NCBI GenBank assembly: GCA_017455975.1
Contig: JAFTLK010000013.1
Location: 13,362-77,361, forward strand
Direction of reading: 5' to 3'
DNA: 64,000 bases
From: Clostridia bacterium
GTDB lineage: Bacteria; Bacillota; Clostridia; Oscillospirales; CAG-272
Under the pieces are notes generated by a model that saw only the letters and a program-made list of their open reading frames with translations, was not told the origin of the DNA and made no database searches. The translations under genes and the position numbers were made by a program. How positions within the stretch are numbered: position 1 is the first letter of the stretch; each line of letters starts with the position of its first letter. Below, one piece after another: positions 45,740-55,792 of the stretch.

Positions 45740-46540
45740 TTATGCAAAAATCTCCTGATTGAGTAATACGGTTTGACCGCCTGCGAGATAATGCAGGCGA
45801 GGCATGACGGATTTCATGTAGGTGTACTGTGCGTATCCGGTACAATGGCACGTATAATAGTCGGTGTTATAGCATGCAAGTGCGGCGGCATGGGCAGACA
45901 GTATCGCCCCCGGTGCGATACCGGAAAAATGGAAGCCGCCAATCAGCACATCCGGGGCAAAGCGGTGCATGATGTTCAGAATGCCGCGGTGGGAGCAGCC
46001 GCTGAACAGGACCCGCTGACCGCCGTCCTCCAACATAAGGTATTGCTCATGTATGAAGTCCTCCGGACAATGGACGCCGTCCCGCAAAACCGTAAGTCCT
46101 GCCGGATCGATCGGTACAGCACCGCCGCAGCTGATCCCGGGACAGAGCGTCAGACCGTCGCTGAGCGCGGTTTCCGTGTCCCCGGTCAGACAAATGCGGG
46201 GATGTGCGGCAAGCGCTGGGTCAAGCCCGATGTATTTCTGCGGACCGTGCCAATGCGCTTCAAACGCATGGCGGCTGACAAAGACCGGCGCATCGGCATT
46301 CAGATCGAGAAAGACGGACAGACCGCCGCCATGGTCGTAATGACCGTGGGACAGAACGGCCAGATCCACTCCCGACAGATCCACGCCGAGAGCGGCGGCA
46401 TTGCGTGCAAACAGGTCCCCCTGTCCCATGTCAAACAGGATCCTGTGCCGGGATGTCTCAATGTACAGACTCAGCCCGTGTTCGGCGCCGACGGAGGGAT
46501 CGGCGGCGGTGTTTTCCGCAAGACAGACGATTTTAATCAT
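45740..46540 (-). CDS. MBL-fold metallo-hydrolase
   Basis: ATG at 46540, overlapping the upstream stop as ATGA. MIKIVCLAEN...; metal motif LSHGHYDHGGG. The track ORF extends to 46921 without support. Confidence 0.75.
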   Translation of the reverse strand: MIKIVCLAENTAADPSVGAEHGLSLYIETSRHRILFDMGQGDLFARNAAALGVDLSGVDLAVLSHGHYDHGGGLSVFLDLNADAPVFVSRHAFEAHWHGPQKYIGLDPALAAHPRICLTGDTETALSDGLTLCPGISCGGAVPIDPAGLTVLRDGVHCPEDFIHEQYLMLEDGGQRVLFSGCSHRGILNIMHRFAPDVLIGGFHFSGIAPGAILSAHAAALACYNTDYYTCHCTGYAQYTYMKSVMPRLHYLAGGQTVLLNQEIFA

Positions 46541-47187
46541 GGCAGGGACTCCTTTCCGGCATCGGAGACGGCGGGGCGCTGTTCGGTGAATGTCATGACA
46601 CCGCAACGGATCAGATACAGCGCAACGATGGCAGAGCCGATGCGGTCGACCCAGTAAGCTGCCGGGGAGGCCGGTGCAGCAAGAACGGTCAGGAGAGCCG
46701 CGGTCACACAGAAGTCCACCAGACTTTTTGCGCGGTAAAGCCGCGCCTGCACAGCGAGGATCGCATTGGGCTCTGTACGGTTGAGGCGGCGGTATTTCAG
46801 CCAGAAAAGTGTGTTGGCGATTACGCCGAGCAGCGCGATCACCAGCCCAGGAATAACATTGCCCTTGTCCGTGTTTTCGGACAGAATTGCAAGCAAGAGC
46901 ATGATTGCACCGCCCAGACACATCATGGCGCCGACAAAACAGGCAGAGCGGCGCTCAAGTTGCCGGCGGCGTTCCGTGTCGAAGGCCGGATCGCCGGCGG
47001 TCATCCGATAGACGATGTACGATGCAATGATGCCGAGCAGCTCCGCACTCCGTCGGACAAAGTCAGCAATCTGTGTTGCGCTCCGTCCGACGAGAAGTCC
47101 CGCACCGATGATCAGCGGGCCGGGGGCACTCATCAGCACGGACAGAAATAGCGTCTGCGTGCCGGATTTTCTTGTTGTTTGTTTCAT
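46537..47187 (-). CDS. cation-efflux (CDF-like) membrane protein
   Basis: 216 aa with six hydrophobic segments. The pattern resembles the cation diffusion facilitator TM domain; no cytoplasmic C-terminal domain. Confidence 0.45.
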   Translation of the reverse strand: MKQTTRKSGTQTLFLSVLMSAPGPLIIGAGLLVGRSATQIADFVRRSAELLGIIASYIVYRMTAGDPAFDTERRRQLERRSACFVGAMMCLGGAIMLLLAILSENTDKGNVIPGLVIALLGVIANTLFWLKYRRLNRTEPNAILAVQARLYRAKSLVDFCVTAALLTVLAAPASPAAYWVDRIGSAIVALYLIRCGVMTFTEQRPAVSDAGKESLP

Positions 47188-47897
47188 CAGAGACCTCCGA
47201 ATGCCGACAGCATCGGCAGAAGTACGACCGCTGCCGCCGCAGGACAGCTGACCGTGTCATAACCGCCCGGCGTGTACAGCTCAACCGCCGCGCAGACAGC
47301 ACCTGTTACCGTCGCGGTCAGCAGACATGCACCGACGGACAAGCCGCCGCGCAGCATCAGAATGGCACAGACCGTGACGGCAGAAACGCAGAGCATTGCC
47401 GCACTTCCTTCGATGCTCTTTTTGCTGTTGGGAAAGTGGTGACGGCCAAAGCGTTTTCCGATCAGAGCCGCAGCTGCATCGCCCGGTCCCCATGCATAAA
47501 CGGCAGCCAGCACAAGCAGACGGTCACCGAAGATGCCCCAAAAGACGGCAATGACGGCGGCAAACATCGAGAAGACGAGCAGCAGACTTGCCTTCAGCTC
47601 ACCCGGGCGGCGCTCTGTGACCGTTTTGGAAAAACCGCGGATATGCTCAAACGCCCATAAAATCGGAAATACGACTGCAGCGAATACCAACGCCGATGCA
47701 GAGGCATAGTACCATGTATCAAAAGCGAAGACATACACGGGAAGCGAGCCGAGCAGAATCGTGTGCAGCAGCTTGCGGAAGATCTCGTCCGGAATGCGGA
47801 TGAGAAACCGGAGCAGAAGTGCGGCCGATGCACAGATCAGAAAATAGAGTATCGTATCGGCACTGCCCCAAAAAAATTGTGTCATTGTAATCTCCAT
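47187..47897 (-). CDS. CdsA/dolichol-kinase-family polyprenol or phosphatidate cytidylyltransferase-like membrane protein
   Basis: 236 aa polytopic protein. C-terminal signature GDAAAALIGKRFGRHHF...KSIEGSAAM. Confidence 0.55.
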   Translation of the reverse strand: MEITMTQFFWGSADTILYFLICASAALLLRFLIRIPDEIFRKLLHTILLGSLPVYVFAFDTWYYASASALVFAAVVFPILWAFEHIRGFSKTVTERRPGELKASLLLVFSMFAAVIAVFWGIFGDRLLVLAAVYAWGPGDAAAALIGKRFGRHHFPNSKKSIEGSAAMLCVSAVTVCAILMLRGGLSVGACLLTATVTGAVCAAVELYTPGGYDTVSCPAAAAVVLLPMLSAFGGL

Positions 47898-47902
47898 TCT
47901 GT

Positions 47903-49936
47903 CTATAGGATGCGGAACATGTCGAACATGACAAGCCCCTGCACGCGGAAGGTGACAGAACCGTCGGCATAGTCGAACGGAATGTCGGCATCGGCGCGAT
48001 CCTTTCCGCCGAGGCGGATCACGCGGGCTGGCATGTCACAGCGGACGGAAACCGTGAAATCCGGAACAGGCAGCAGCTCATCCGTACAGAGCAGATCGAC
48101 CGCGCTGACAAGCAGATCGTCCTCCCGTCGGAATGTGACCAGCTCCACCTGACGGGGGGCAGTCGATGTAACGGTAAGTGCAGACAGATCGAGATATCCG
48201 CCGATGAGTGCATGCAGCAGACGGCGGTGAGAACGGCGGTCGTCGCATTCAATCGGTGCGGCACACCACAGCACGGTTCCGCGGCCGCGTTTCTTTGCAA
48301 GCAGCGCGGGAATCACGGTCGGAATGCCCGGAGGGTTGGAATGGATCGAAGCAAACTGCCGCGCGCCCGGCACGGTATACGGCATGGTCATGGTTGCCAG
48401 AATGTCGGCGTCCTCCACCGAGATAACGGGGAGGCTTGTCTCGGTCGGGAACGGATAGGCTTCGTTGAACGGACCGAAATACGGTGCACCATCCGGTGTC
48501 GGTGCCATATAAACCGCGTTTTCCTCGGTGTAACGGAGCAGCTTTGCGCCGAGCAGCGCATCGAGCAGCGCTGCATCCTCCGCACCGGACAGGTACAGAA
48601 TACCGCCCGCCTCAACATAGCGGACGAAATTGTCCACCGTTTCCGTATCGGTGAATGCCATCTGCGGTGCGAAGACCATACGGTATTTGGAAAGATCACG
48701 GGTCTGTCGGGTACCGATGACACCGACCGGAATGTTTTCTTCGATCAGTGCGCGCGTGAGACCGATGGCGCAGGTTTTGTTGTCATACGGCAGACCACGG
48801 CTGTTGTAGTGCCCGGCGGTCGAATAGCAGACCGCAACATCCGTTACCATGTCGCCGGAGAAATACGGCTCATACGGCATCTGCCGCTCAAAGACACGGC
48901 CGATCAGATCATAAACACGCGTATCCAGCGTACCGACGGGGTCGATTGCATCAATGATGAACGAGGCTCCGTGATGCGCTGCCGTCAGAAGCACCTCAGT
49001 CGACAGATGCTCCTCGGTTTTGGAAATGGTATGCACCAGAAGGCGGTTGTCACAGCGGCAGGTCATATATTCAAACGGCTGATTGCGTGTGACGGTATAG
49101 AAATACTTCGCTGTGAAGGAATGGTTGTACAGATCGCCGTACAGGTCGCCGCCGGCATAGTCGCACTGATCGTTGACAAGCTCCGTGCTGCACAGAAGGG
49201 AGGGCCCCGCGACCGCGTTTGCATAGTTATGCTCGACGGTCACGCCGGGCGCGCAGGCTTTGGCTGTCCCGGTGACCAGCGCGGCAAATTCGCCCATCCA
49301 GCGGATGCGCAGGGACTGAAATTCGAGCCAATCGGGATCGTTCCAGTTCACCGACGGCAGTGCTCCGCCGGGAAGTGCGTCTCTGCCCGTTTCCGAAAGA
49401 TACCGTGCCCGGCAATGCGGACAGTGGCAGATCTCCGGCCAGAAGGTCATATCAAAGAAAAAGCCGTCAAGATCAAAATAATCCGCCATTTCGGCAATCT
49501 GCGCCTGTACAAATGCGCGGTAATCGGGGTTGTTCGGACAGCAGAGACCGTAGCGGCTGCCGTGCTCGCGGCGGGAGCGCCCGTCGGACGTCACAATGCG
49601 CCAATCGGGGTGGCGATCCTCCTCGACGGTGTTGTAGATCAAGCTGTAGTAGCCGACGACATACATGCCCTCGGCATGACAGCGATCGACGAGCTGCCGC
49701 ATCAGATCCTCTCTGCCGCGCAGGGCATTGTGCATGTGCCCGGTTCGGGTCGGAAAATAGCAATGCCCGACGTGGGACTGCAGATAGAGCATGGGTGCCT
49801 GAATGTGCGCTTTTTTCAGATTGTCCGCATACGCGGCGGGATCAAACGCCGACAGAAAGCGATCGTCCCAATCCTCGATGTGCATATCGACGAGATTGCG
49901 ACGGAAGGCCTGACGGTACCAGAATGCATGTGCCAT
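47903..49936 (-). CDS. putative glycoside hydrolase (GHL6/GH42-like TIM barrel plus trimerisation-like domain)
   Basis: AGGAGGG RBS before the ATG at 49936 (MAHAFWYRQAFRRNLVDMHIEDWD...). Family assignment is by recollection of this N-terminal pattern only. Confidence 0.45.
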   Translation of the reverse strand: MAHAFWYRQAFRRNLVDMHIEDWDDRFLSAFDPAAYADNLKKAHIQAPMLYLQSHVGHCYFPTRTGHMHNALRGREDLMRQLVDRCHAEGMYVVGYYSLIYNTVEEDRHPDWRIVTSDGRSRREHGSRYGLCCPNNPDYRAFVQAQIAEMADYFDLDGFFFDMTFWPEICHCPHCRARYLSETGRDALPGGALPSVNWNDPDWLEFQSLRIRWMGEFAALVTGTAKACAPGVTVEHNYANAVAGPSLLCSTELVNDQCDYAGGDLYGDLYNHSFTAKYFYTVTRNQPFEYMTCRCDNRLLVHTISKTEEHLSTEVLLTAAHHGASFIIDAIDPVGTLDTRVYDLIGRVFERQMPYEPYFSGDMVTDVAVCYSTAGHYNSRGLPYDNKTCAIGLTRALIEENIPVGVIGTRQTRDLSKYRMVFAPQMAFTDTETVDNFVRYVEAGGILYLSGAEDAALLDALLGAKLLRYTEENAVYMAPTPDGAPYFGPFNEAYPFPTETSLPVISVEDADILATMTMPYTVPGARQFASIHSNPPGIPTVIPALLAKKRGRGTVLWCAAPIECDDRRSHRRLLHALIGGYLDLSALTVTSTAPRQVELVTFRREDDLLVSAVDLLCTDELLPVPDFTVSVRCDMPARVIRLGGKDRADADIPFDYADGSVTFRVQGLVMFDMFRIL

Positions 49937-50079
49937 GGTGGTTCCCTCCTGAATGGACTTTGATATCTTCATTATACCCGATTGGCGGGTGTATGTCAAG
50001 TGGCAGGGGAGAAAAAGAGGTGGCGCAAACACTTGCAGCACCTCTGGGGGGATATAAGCTTGTGAAAATCACACCGGGA

Positions 50080-53000
50080 TCAGACGACGGGAACGGTCAC
50101 GATGACGCTGCTGCCGTAGCTGACGTAGGTGGGGATCGGCCAGATCACGCGGGCACCGGCGGGCGCCTGGGATCTGATTTCGGATGCCGGAATGACGGCA
50201 TAGCCGGCTTTGGTCTGGACACGGGTGATGACCACGGTGTCAAGCTTTCTGCCGAACAGGTTCATGTAGACAACACGGAGGGTTGCGACACGGCCGATCT
50301 GAACGGTGACGGTTTCGCTCTCGCCGCAGGCGACGATCGCGTCGGTGACGCTGTCAGCATCGACAAACGCATATCTTGCGGGCATGGAAGCCGCGCCGAG
50401 GATGTCGGATGCGGAGAAGGTCATATCGGTGCCTGTGACGCCGTTTGCCGTGAGCGAACCGGAGGAGATCACGCGGCCGGTGTAGTCGACGAAGCGGACA
50501 TTCAGTTCAGCGTCTGCGTAGGTGATGACGGGTTCTTCGGGAACGCCTGCGATGGAGGAGAGGACATTCTCGATGTCTGCCTGCGTCAGCGGAACAAACG
50601 CCGCGTTCGGGTCGTCACAGATCTTCAGGTCGGTGACGGAGAGGAGGCCTTTGGTGACACGAATAATGACATCATATTCCTTTGCATCCGTTGCTGTTCC
50701 GTCAGCGTTTGTCAGCTTGTCAGCGATCTTGTAGAACATATCAACAGACGTAGACAGGCTTGCGGGAGCAACTGGGGTGCCATCAACGGTCAGTTCGAAT
50801 TCCGCAGAACCGATCGGGGATTTCAGACCGAGCTGCATGACACGGTTGGTCTTGACTTTGAATGTCAATGTCTGACCGGGGTAGAGATACAGTTCGTTCT
50901 TGGGGCCGTTTTTCAGAAGATCAGCGGCTGTATTGTCGTCCAGTTCTGTGTTTTCATCCAGAAGAACAGCGGATGTCTGACTCTGTCCTTCGACAGTAGA
51001 AATCGCTTTGTAAACCTGTTCAGAGGTTGCACCGCTGACACCAACAGCGCTCAGAACCATATCGCGAATCTGGTAGAAACTGGGATTATCTTCCAGATCT
51101 TCTACATAAATGCTGCTGTCTTTGATGGTGTTGATGATACGGACACCGTCGATCTGAATCGGGTTGTTCGTTTCATTACTTGCCGATCTCTTGATCGTAA
51201 CGGTATAAGTACCGTAGGGAAGAGCCTTTTCGGAAATGAACGGCAGGCTGTAATAGGTACCGGACTGCTGACTTGTAGCATCAGTCGTGCCTGTGCTCAG
51301 TTTGGTGTCGATCATGTAGATCTTATTCACCTTTTCGGCGTTATCTGCATTCGCCTGGCTCAATACGGAGACAATACCGGTAGAACCGTTGCTGTTGCCG
51401 TAGAGTTCGAAGCCTGTACCGGTGAAGGTAAAGGATGCGGTTGCGCCTGCGGTTGTGGTGTATGCATAGGTTCCGTTGGAACCGATGGCATCATTCTCTT
51501 GGGTATACGCAAAATCATAACCGTAGTTGCCATTCTTTCCACCGAGTACAGCGGTTGTCTGCGTCTTGGTGGGAGCGGTGGTATGACCTTTCCAACTGCC
51601 TTCGTATTGGAGGAACGATTCTTCGTAGTAGACAGTGGTGGCGGGAGTTATACCGACATTAGTTGTTGATGTTGTACCTGCAACGGTCAAGGTAATTGAA
51701 AGGACATCCAGATTCTGTAAAATCTTTGTCGGAACATAAGTGAATGTTTTAGTAGTAGAATTATAACTGACAGTACCATAACGTGCGGAGTGATTACCGA
51801 CATTATCGACAGTACCAGTATTAGTTACAATATCACTCAGCTTAAATGTAACCGGCAGGCCAAAGTCAACAACAAGATTCGGTTTGAGAATTTGAGTGTT
51901 GATATTATAATACAGATAAAGTATTGTTTTATCTTCGGAAATGACCGAACCCGTGTAGGAGTAAAGTTCGCTTGAATACTTACCTACAGCTTCGGGGACT
52001 TTGGTTAAGTCGGTCTGGAATTTATCTGTCTGTCCATAAAAATTCGTGATGCCACAACCAGATACATTGATACGGCCAGCATTTCCGGAGAACGCAGAAG
52101 GTGTAGGTGTAATATTTTCAAATGTTACATTGTCAGCGACCTGAATTGAATATGTGTAGAGTTCATCGCCGAACTTTTCATCATAATATACAACAGAAAG
52201 TGAATCCTGTTTTTCAACAGCCTTAACATAAATTCGAACAAGAATAGCTTCCTTATTCTCATCCCACATCAGGTTATCATAAGGATCTTCAGAACTCGGA
52301 TTTTTTGCATTATTATATATTGTAACTTCTCTTGTATAATCACCTTCCCAGACGGTTTTTTCATTTCTATCCCAAGTGAGATTTGTGACATTAACGCCCG
52401 AAGTGGAACTTTGCATGGTAGCAGTAACACTACCGGTCTCTGCAGTAACCTTATAAATGTCGAACTCTTCGAGACCGCTGAATTTATATGTACCGATACC
52501 TCTGCCGTCTGACCAATAACCAAATACGAGTGTTTTATCTTTAAGATTGGCAGCCGTAGTATCAACCGGGTTTGTAGTACCACTTTCATAAACAATTTGA
52601 ATTGAGATGGAACAATAGTTATTTACATCCATCCAATCCGAATTGGGGGTATTATCTCCTTTTTTACCCCAGTCTGCTGCATTAATATGTAATTCTGTTG
52701 TAAGATTTTCGTTCTTAATATCAACAATTTCCATATAGTATGCAACTAACTGCATACGGCTTCTTTCTGCATATGTTGTATTGTTGCTACTGTCAACATA
52801 TTTTGCTGATACTGTACTGGTATCAACCAATACCCAATCTGTATTTGAAAGAACTTGCCAATTGCCATTCCAATAACGGATTTTTTGTACAAGAGTACCG
52901 CTATTAGTATCGTCATCACCAGGGCCGTTTGTTTGATGTTCAGTTGCACTAGAGGAATCATTTTCTTTCAGAACATCCAGAAGCCTAACCTGCCAGTATT

Positions 53001-55761
53001 CGATACTACGTTCATTACGAATAATCGTAGAGGGGATAAGGTCAGAGAAAGCAATACCGTTTTCAGTATGTACATCCTGTGCCTTTATTTCGAGATTGTT
53101 TAACGTTGTATTGGGATCTGTGACTTGTTGGTTAGTAATCCAATACTCAACCGTCAACGGAGCAACACTGCTCAAATTTTCTTCTGTTTCTGTAACAGTT
53201 ACAGTATACTCTTTTACCGTAGCCGGAGTAATAGCAAGGGTTGTATCTTCAACAATATAGAATTTGTTGTTTGCATTGAAGCTTTTAACAGTAACACTTG
53301 TATCTTTTTCGGATACAGGACGGGTTTCTGTCTTAATCGGTGTATCGTTGCCTGTTACAACATATTTGATTGTAATCGTAACAGCCTTTTCAAGTGCATT
53401 CTTTGCAGTTTCAAGAGCATTAACTGCGGCTTTCAGCTCATTAAGTGCTGTATTTGCAGCAGTTTCGCTGGTATACGAAGCACCCTCAACGGTGGTGAAC
53501 TTATTTTCCGCAGCTTTCAGCGCGGATTCATATGCAGTCCAACTTGCATCTGTGTAGTTGTCATTTTCAACAGTCAAAGCTGCGATGCGGCTTTCTTGCA
53601 GGGAGGCATCAACTGTATATGTAGAGGTTCCGGGGGTATATTCATACAAGATAACACTTTGAGAAGAAGAGTTACTTCCTCCCCAAACGCCGTCGTCTTT
53701 TTTATATACTACATAAGTGTAATTTGCGTAGATAGTATATGCGTTATTACTGGAGCTAATAGTTAAATCTATCGCATCTTCTGATAAGGATAAATTGTAT
53801 TTGCGGGGGTAAGTGCTCGTTCTGTTGGGGTAAAGATAATATCCATTGTTGGATAAATATCGGTAGGTAGTAAAAACAGATCTTGAACTTGAATATGTCC
53901 ATAGACTATCTTGTACATCTGAAGCAGGAATTGCCTTAGTTCCATTTATATCGACGTTTGTACTGGAAATGGAACCATTATTGTTTGTTATAGCGACACC
54001 TTGAGTATCATTTAGTTTATAAACAATTAAATATTGGCTATTATTTGTTAATGAGGATGCTGTATATTGGTCGTAACTATCAGGAGTTCCACCGTTAGTC
54101 GAAATACTATCTTTTAATTCCTCAGCTGCCGTCTCCAATTCATAAAGACCACCAACGGAGAAGTGCGGCATGACAAATTCATACATGCCGTTGGCAACAT
54201 TACCGATAATCGTTTCGATGGTGTTGTCAGCATTGACAACAAATGCGCGTACCTTTGCGGTGTCCCAACCCTCGGGAATGGGAAGTGCTACGGTTGCTTC
54301 ACCGGTGTACTTACCATTTGCCGTTGCGGGTGTCAGATCCCATGCTTTGACATTCTTTGCGCCATCAATCGCAGTGGGAGCGGACGTCTCGGTTACCGTG
54401 ATCGCGGTCAGACCGGGAGCAGTGACAGAAATACCGTTATCGGTCAGAGTAACATTTTCCGGTTCTTCGGGCGTAACGGGAACATCGGGTTCTTCCGGAT
54501 CAACAACGTTGATCGTGCCGTCGGCATTGAAGCCGCCTGCAACGATGGAATCTACTTCGTAGTCATTGGAATCCTGCATGCGGGCAGCAATGACACGCAT
54601 GATGGGACGGATGTATTTTGCTACTTCGGTTTCCGTTTCTGCACCGGGATAGTCAGCCCAGACACAGAAAACAGAACCTGCAGGGTCTGATACTGTGCTG
54701 CCCATAAAAGCAGTATTGGAGAAACCCTCTGCAGCAGTGTGATATCCGTCAGCATGTGTTGTACCGGTTCCGGGAGTAAATGTATCATTTACGCCAAGAA
54801 TATAATAATAATCACCATTGGTGTTGTACATGGGGTGACCGAGTCCGGCCATGGTCGAGGCGGATGCGGACTTATATGCAGTTGAACCGGAACCCCAACC
54901 GGAAGACCAGAACGAAATCAGGATGTCCTTATCAAACGCATACGATGTATTGTTTTGGAAGTAAATACCGTCATTGAACGCCATGGTTTTCATACCGGCT
55001 GCTTTGATGATGGTGTTCAGTTCATTGACATAATCAACGAACAGCGGGTACTTTCCGCTGGAAAGCAGATGACCAAAGCCCATGGAGCCGCTGCTATAAT
55101 TATCATTTGCGTATTCGTCTGCGCCGATATTGAAAATCGAACAGCCCTTGTTCGCAAAATAAGAAATATACTTCTGCAGCAGTTCTTTCATGAATGCGAC
55201 CGCAGTGGAGTCGTCCAGATCGATCGTGCTTGCAGAGCCGTTATAACCCGGTGTCATGCCCAGAGAGGTCATAGCAGTGATCATCGTATACATATGACCG
55301 GGGTTATTGAACAACGGGATAATTTCGATGCCTGTTGTATTGGCATGCGCAATGATCTCATCCATTTCACTTTGGGTGAGTTCATTCAGTTCGGTTGTAT
55401 AAGTCTTTTTTGCATTATACGCAATATTGCCGTTATGTACCGCTGCGGTGACATCTGCATCGGAGTAAGAACCGACTGTCATATCATCCAGCAGGAAGCG
55501 CAGACCGTCATTACCGAACGCGAGCTGCAGATGTGTAAATCCGGCAGCCTTCATTTCGGTAATCAGCGCCTTGATCCAATCCACGGTATAATACTTACGT
55601 CCGCAGTCCAGATGCAGGATGCGTTGAAAGTCGTTGTCAACGGCTGTCGTTTGTACATCGGCAGTACCCGCCGTGTCATCCGCGAAAACCGTCATCGGTA
55701 CGATGCTGAACATCATGCACAGTACCATGAACATTGCCAGGGTTCGCTTTAGCATTTTCAT
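50080..55761 (-). CDS. 1893-aa secreted multidomain GH20 beta-N-acetylhexosaminidase / lacto-N-biosidase-like protein
   Basis: Signal peptide MKMLKRTLAMFMVLCMMFSIVPMTVFA. GH20 blocks ILHLDCGRKYY, IPLFNNPGHM and FNIGADEY. Long Ser/Thr/Asn/Tyr-rich C-terminal domains. No sortase motif seen. Confidence 0.8.
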   Translation of the reverse strand: MKMLKRTLAMFMVLCMMFSIVPMTVFADDTAGTADVQTTAVDNDFQRILHLDCGRKYYTVDWIKALITEMKAAGFTHLQLAFGNDGLRFLLDDMTVGSYSDADVTAAVHNGNIAYNAKKTYTTELNELTQSEMDEIIAHANTTGIEIIPLFNNPGHMYTMITAMTSLGMTPGYNGSASTIDLDDSTAVAFMKELLQKYISYFANKGCSIFNIGADEYANDNYSSGSMGFGHLLSSGKYPLFVDYVNELNTIIKAAGMKTMAFNDGIYFQNNTSYAFDKDILISFWSSGWGSGSTAYKSASASTMAGLGHPMYNTNGDYYYILGVNDTFTPGTGTTHADGYHTAAEGFSNTAFMGSTVSDPAGSVFCVWADYPGAETETEVAKYIRPIMRVIAARMQDSNDYEVDSIVAGGFNADGTINVVDPEEPDVPVTPEEPENVTLTDNGISVTAPGLTAITVTETSAPTAIDGAKNVKAWDLTPATANGKYTGEATVALPIPEGWDTAKVRAFVVNADNTIETIIGNVANGMYEFVMPHFSVGGLYELETAAEELKDSISTNGGTPDSYDQYTASSLTNNSQYLIVYKLNDTQGVAITNNNGSISSTNVDINGTKAIPASDVQDSLWTYSSSRSVFTTYRYLSNNGYYLYPNRTSTYPRKYNLSLSEDAIDLTISSSNNAYTIYANYTYVVYKKDDGVWGGSNSSSQSVILYEYTPGTSTYTVDASLQESRIAALTVENDNYTDASWTAYESALKAAENKFTTVEGASYTSETAANTALNELKAAVNALETAKNALEKAVTITIKYVVTGNDTPIKTETRPVSEKDTSVTVKSFNANNKFYIVEDTTLAITPATVKEYTVTVTETEENLSSVAPLTVEYWITNQQVTDPNTTLNNLEIKAQDVHTENGIAFSDLIPSTIIRNERSIEYWQVRLLDVLKENDSSSATEHQTNGPGDDDTNSGTLVQKIRYWNGNWQVLSNTDWVLVDTSTVSAKYVDSSNNTTYAERSRMQLVAYYMEIVDIKNENLTTELHINAADWGKKGDNTPNSDWMDVNNYCSISIQIVYESGTTNPVDTTAANLKDKTLVFGYWSDGRGIGTYKFSGLEEFDIYKVTAETGSVTATMQSSTSGVNVTNLTWDRNEKTVWEGDYTREVTIYNNAKNPSSEDPYDNLMWDENKEAILVRIYVKAVEKQDSLSVVYYDEKFGDELYTYSIQVADNVTFENITPTPSAFSGNAGRINVSGCGITNFYGQTDKFQTDLTKVPEAVGKYSSELYSYTGSVISEDKTILYLYYNINTQILKPNLVVDFGLPVTFKLSDIVTNTGTVDNVGNHSARYGTVSYNSTTKTFTYVPTKILQNLDVLSITLTVAGTTSTTNVGITPATTVYYEESFLQYEGSWKGHTTAPTKTQTTAVLGGKNGNYGYDFAYTQENDAIGSNGTYAYTTTAGATASFTFTGTGFELYGNSNGSTGIVSVLSQANADNAEKVNKIYMIDTKLSTGTTDATSQQSGTYYSLPFISEKALPYGTYTVTIKRSASNETNNPIQIDGVRIINTIKDSSIYVEDLEDNPSFYQIRDMVLSAVGVSGATSEQVYKAISTVEGQSQTSAVLLDENTELDDNTAADLLKNGPKNELYLYPGQTLTFKVKTNRVMQLGLKSPIGSAEFELTVDGTPVAPASLSTSVDMFYKIADKLTNADGTATDAKEYDVIIRVTKGLLSVTDLKICDDPNAAFVPLTQADIENVLSSIAGVPEEPVITYADAELNVRFVDYTGRVISSGSLTANGVTGTDMTFSASDILGAASMPARYAFVDADSVTDAIVACGESETVTVQIGRVATLRVVYMNLFGRKLDTVVITRVQTKAGYAVIPASEIRSQAPAGARVIWPIPTYVSYGSSVIVTVPVV

Positions 55762-55792
55762 ATTGTTTTACCTCCTCGGTAATTCGTTCTTT

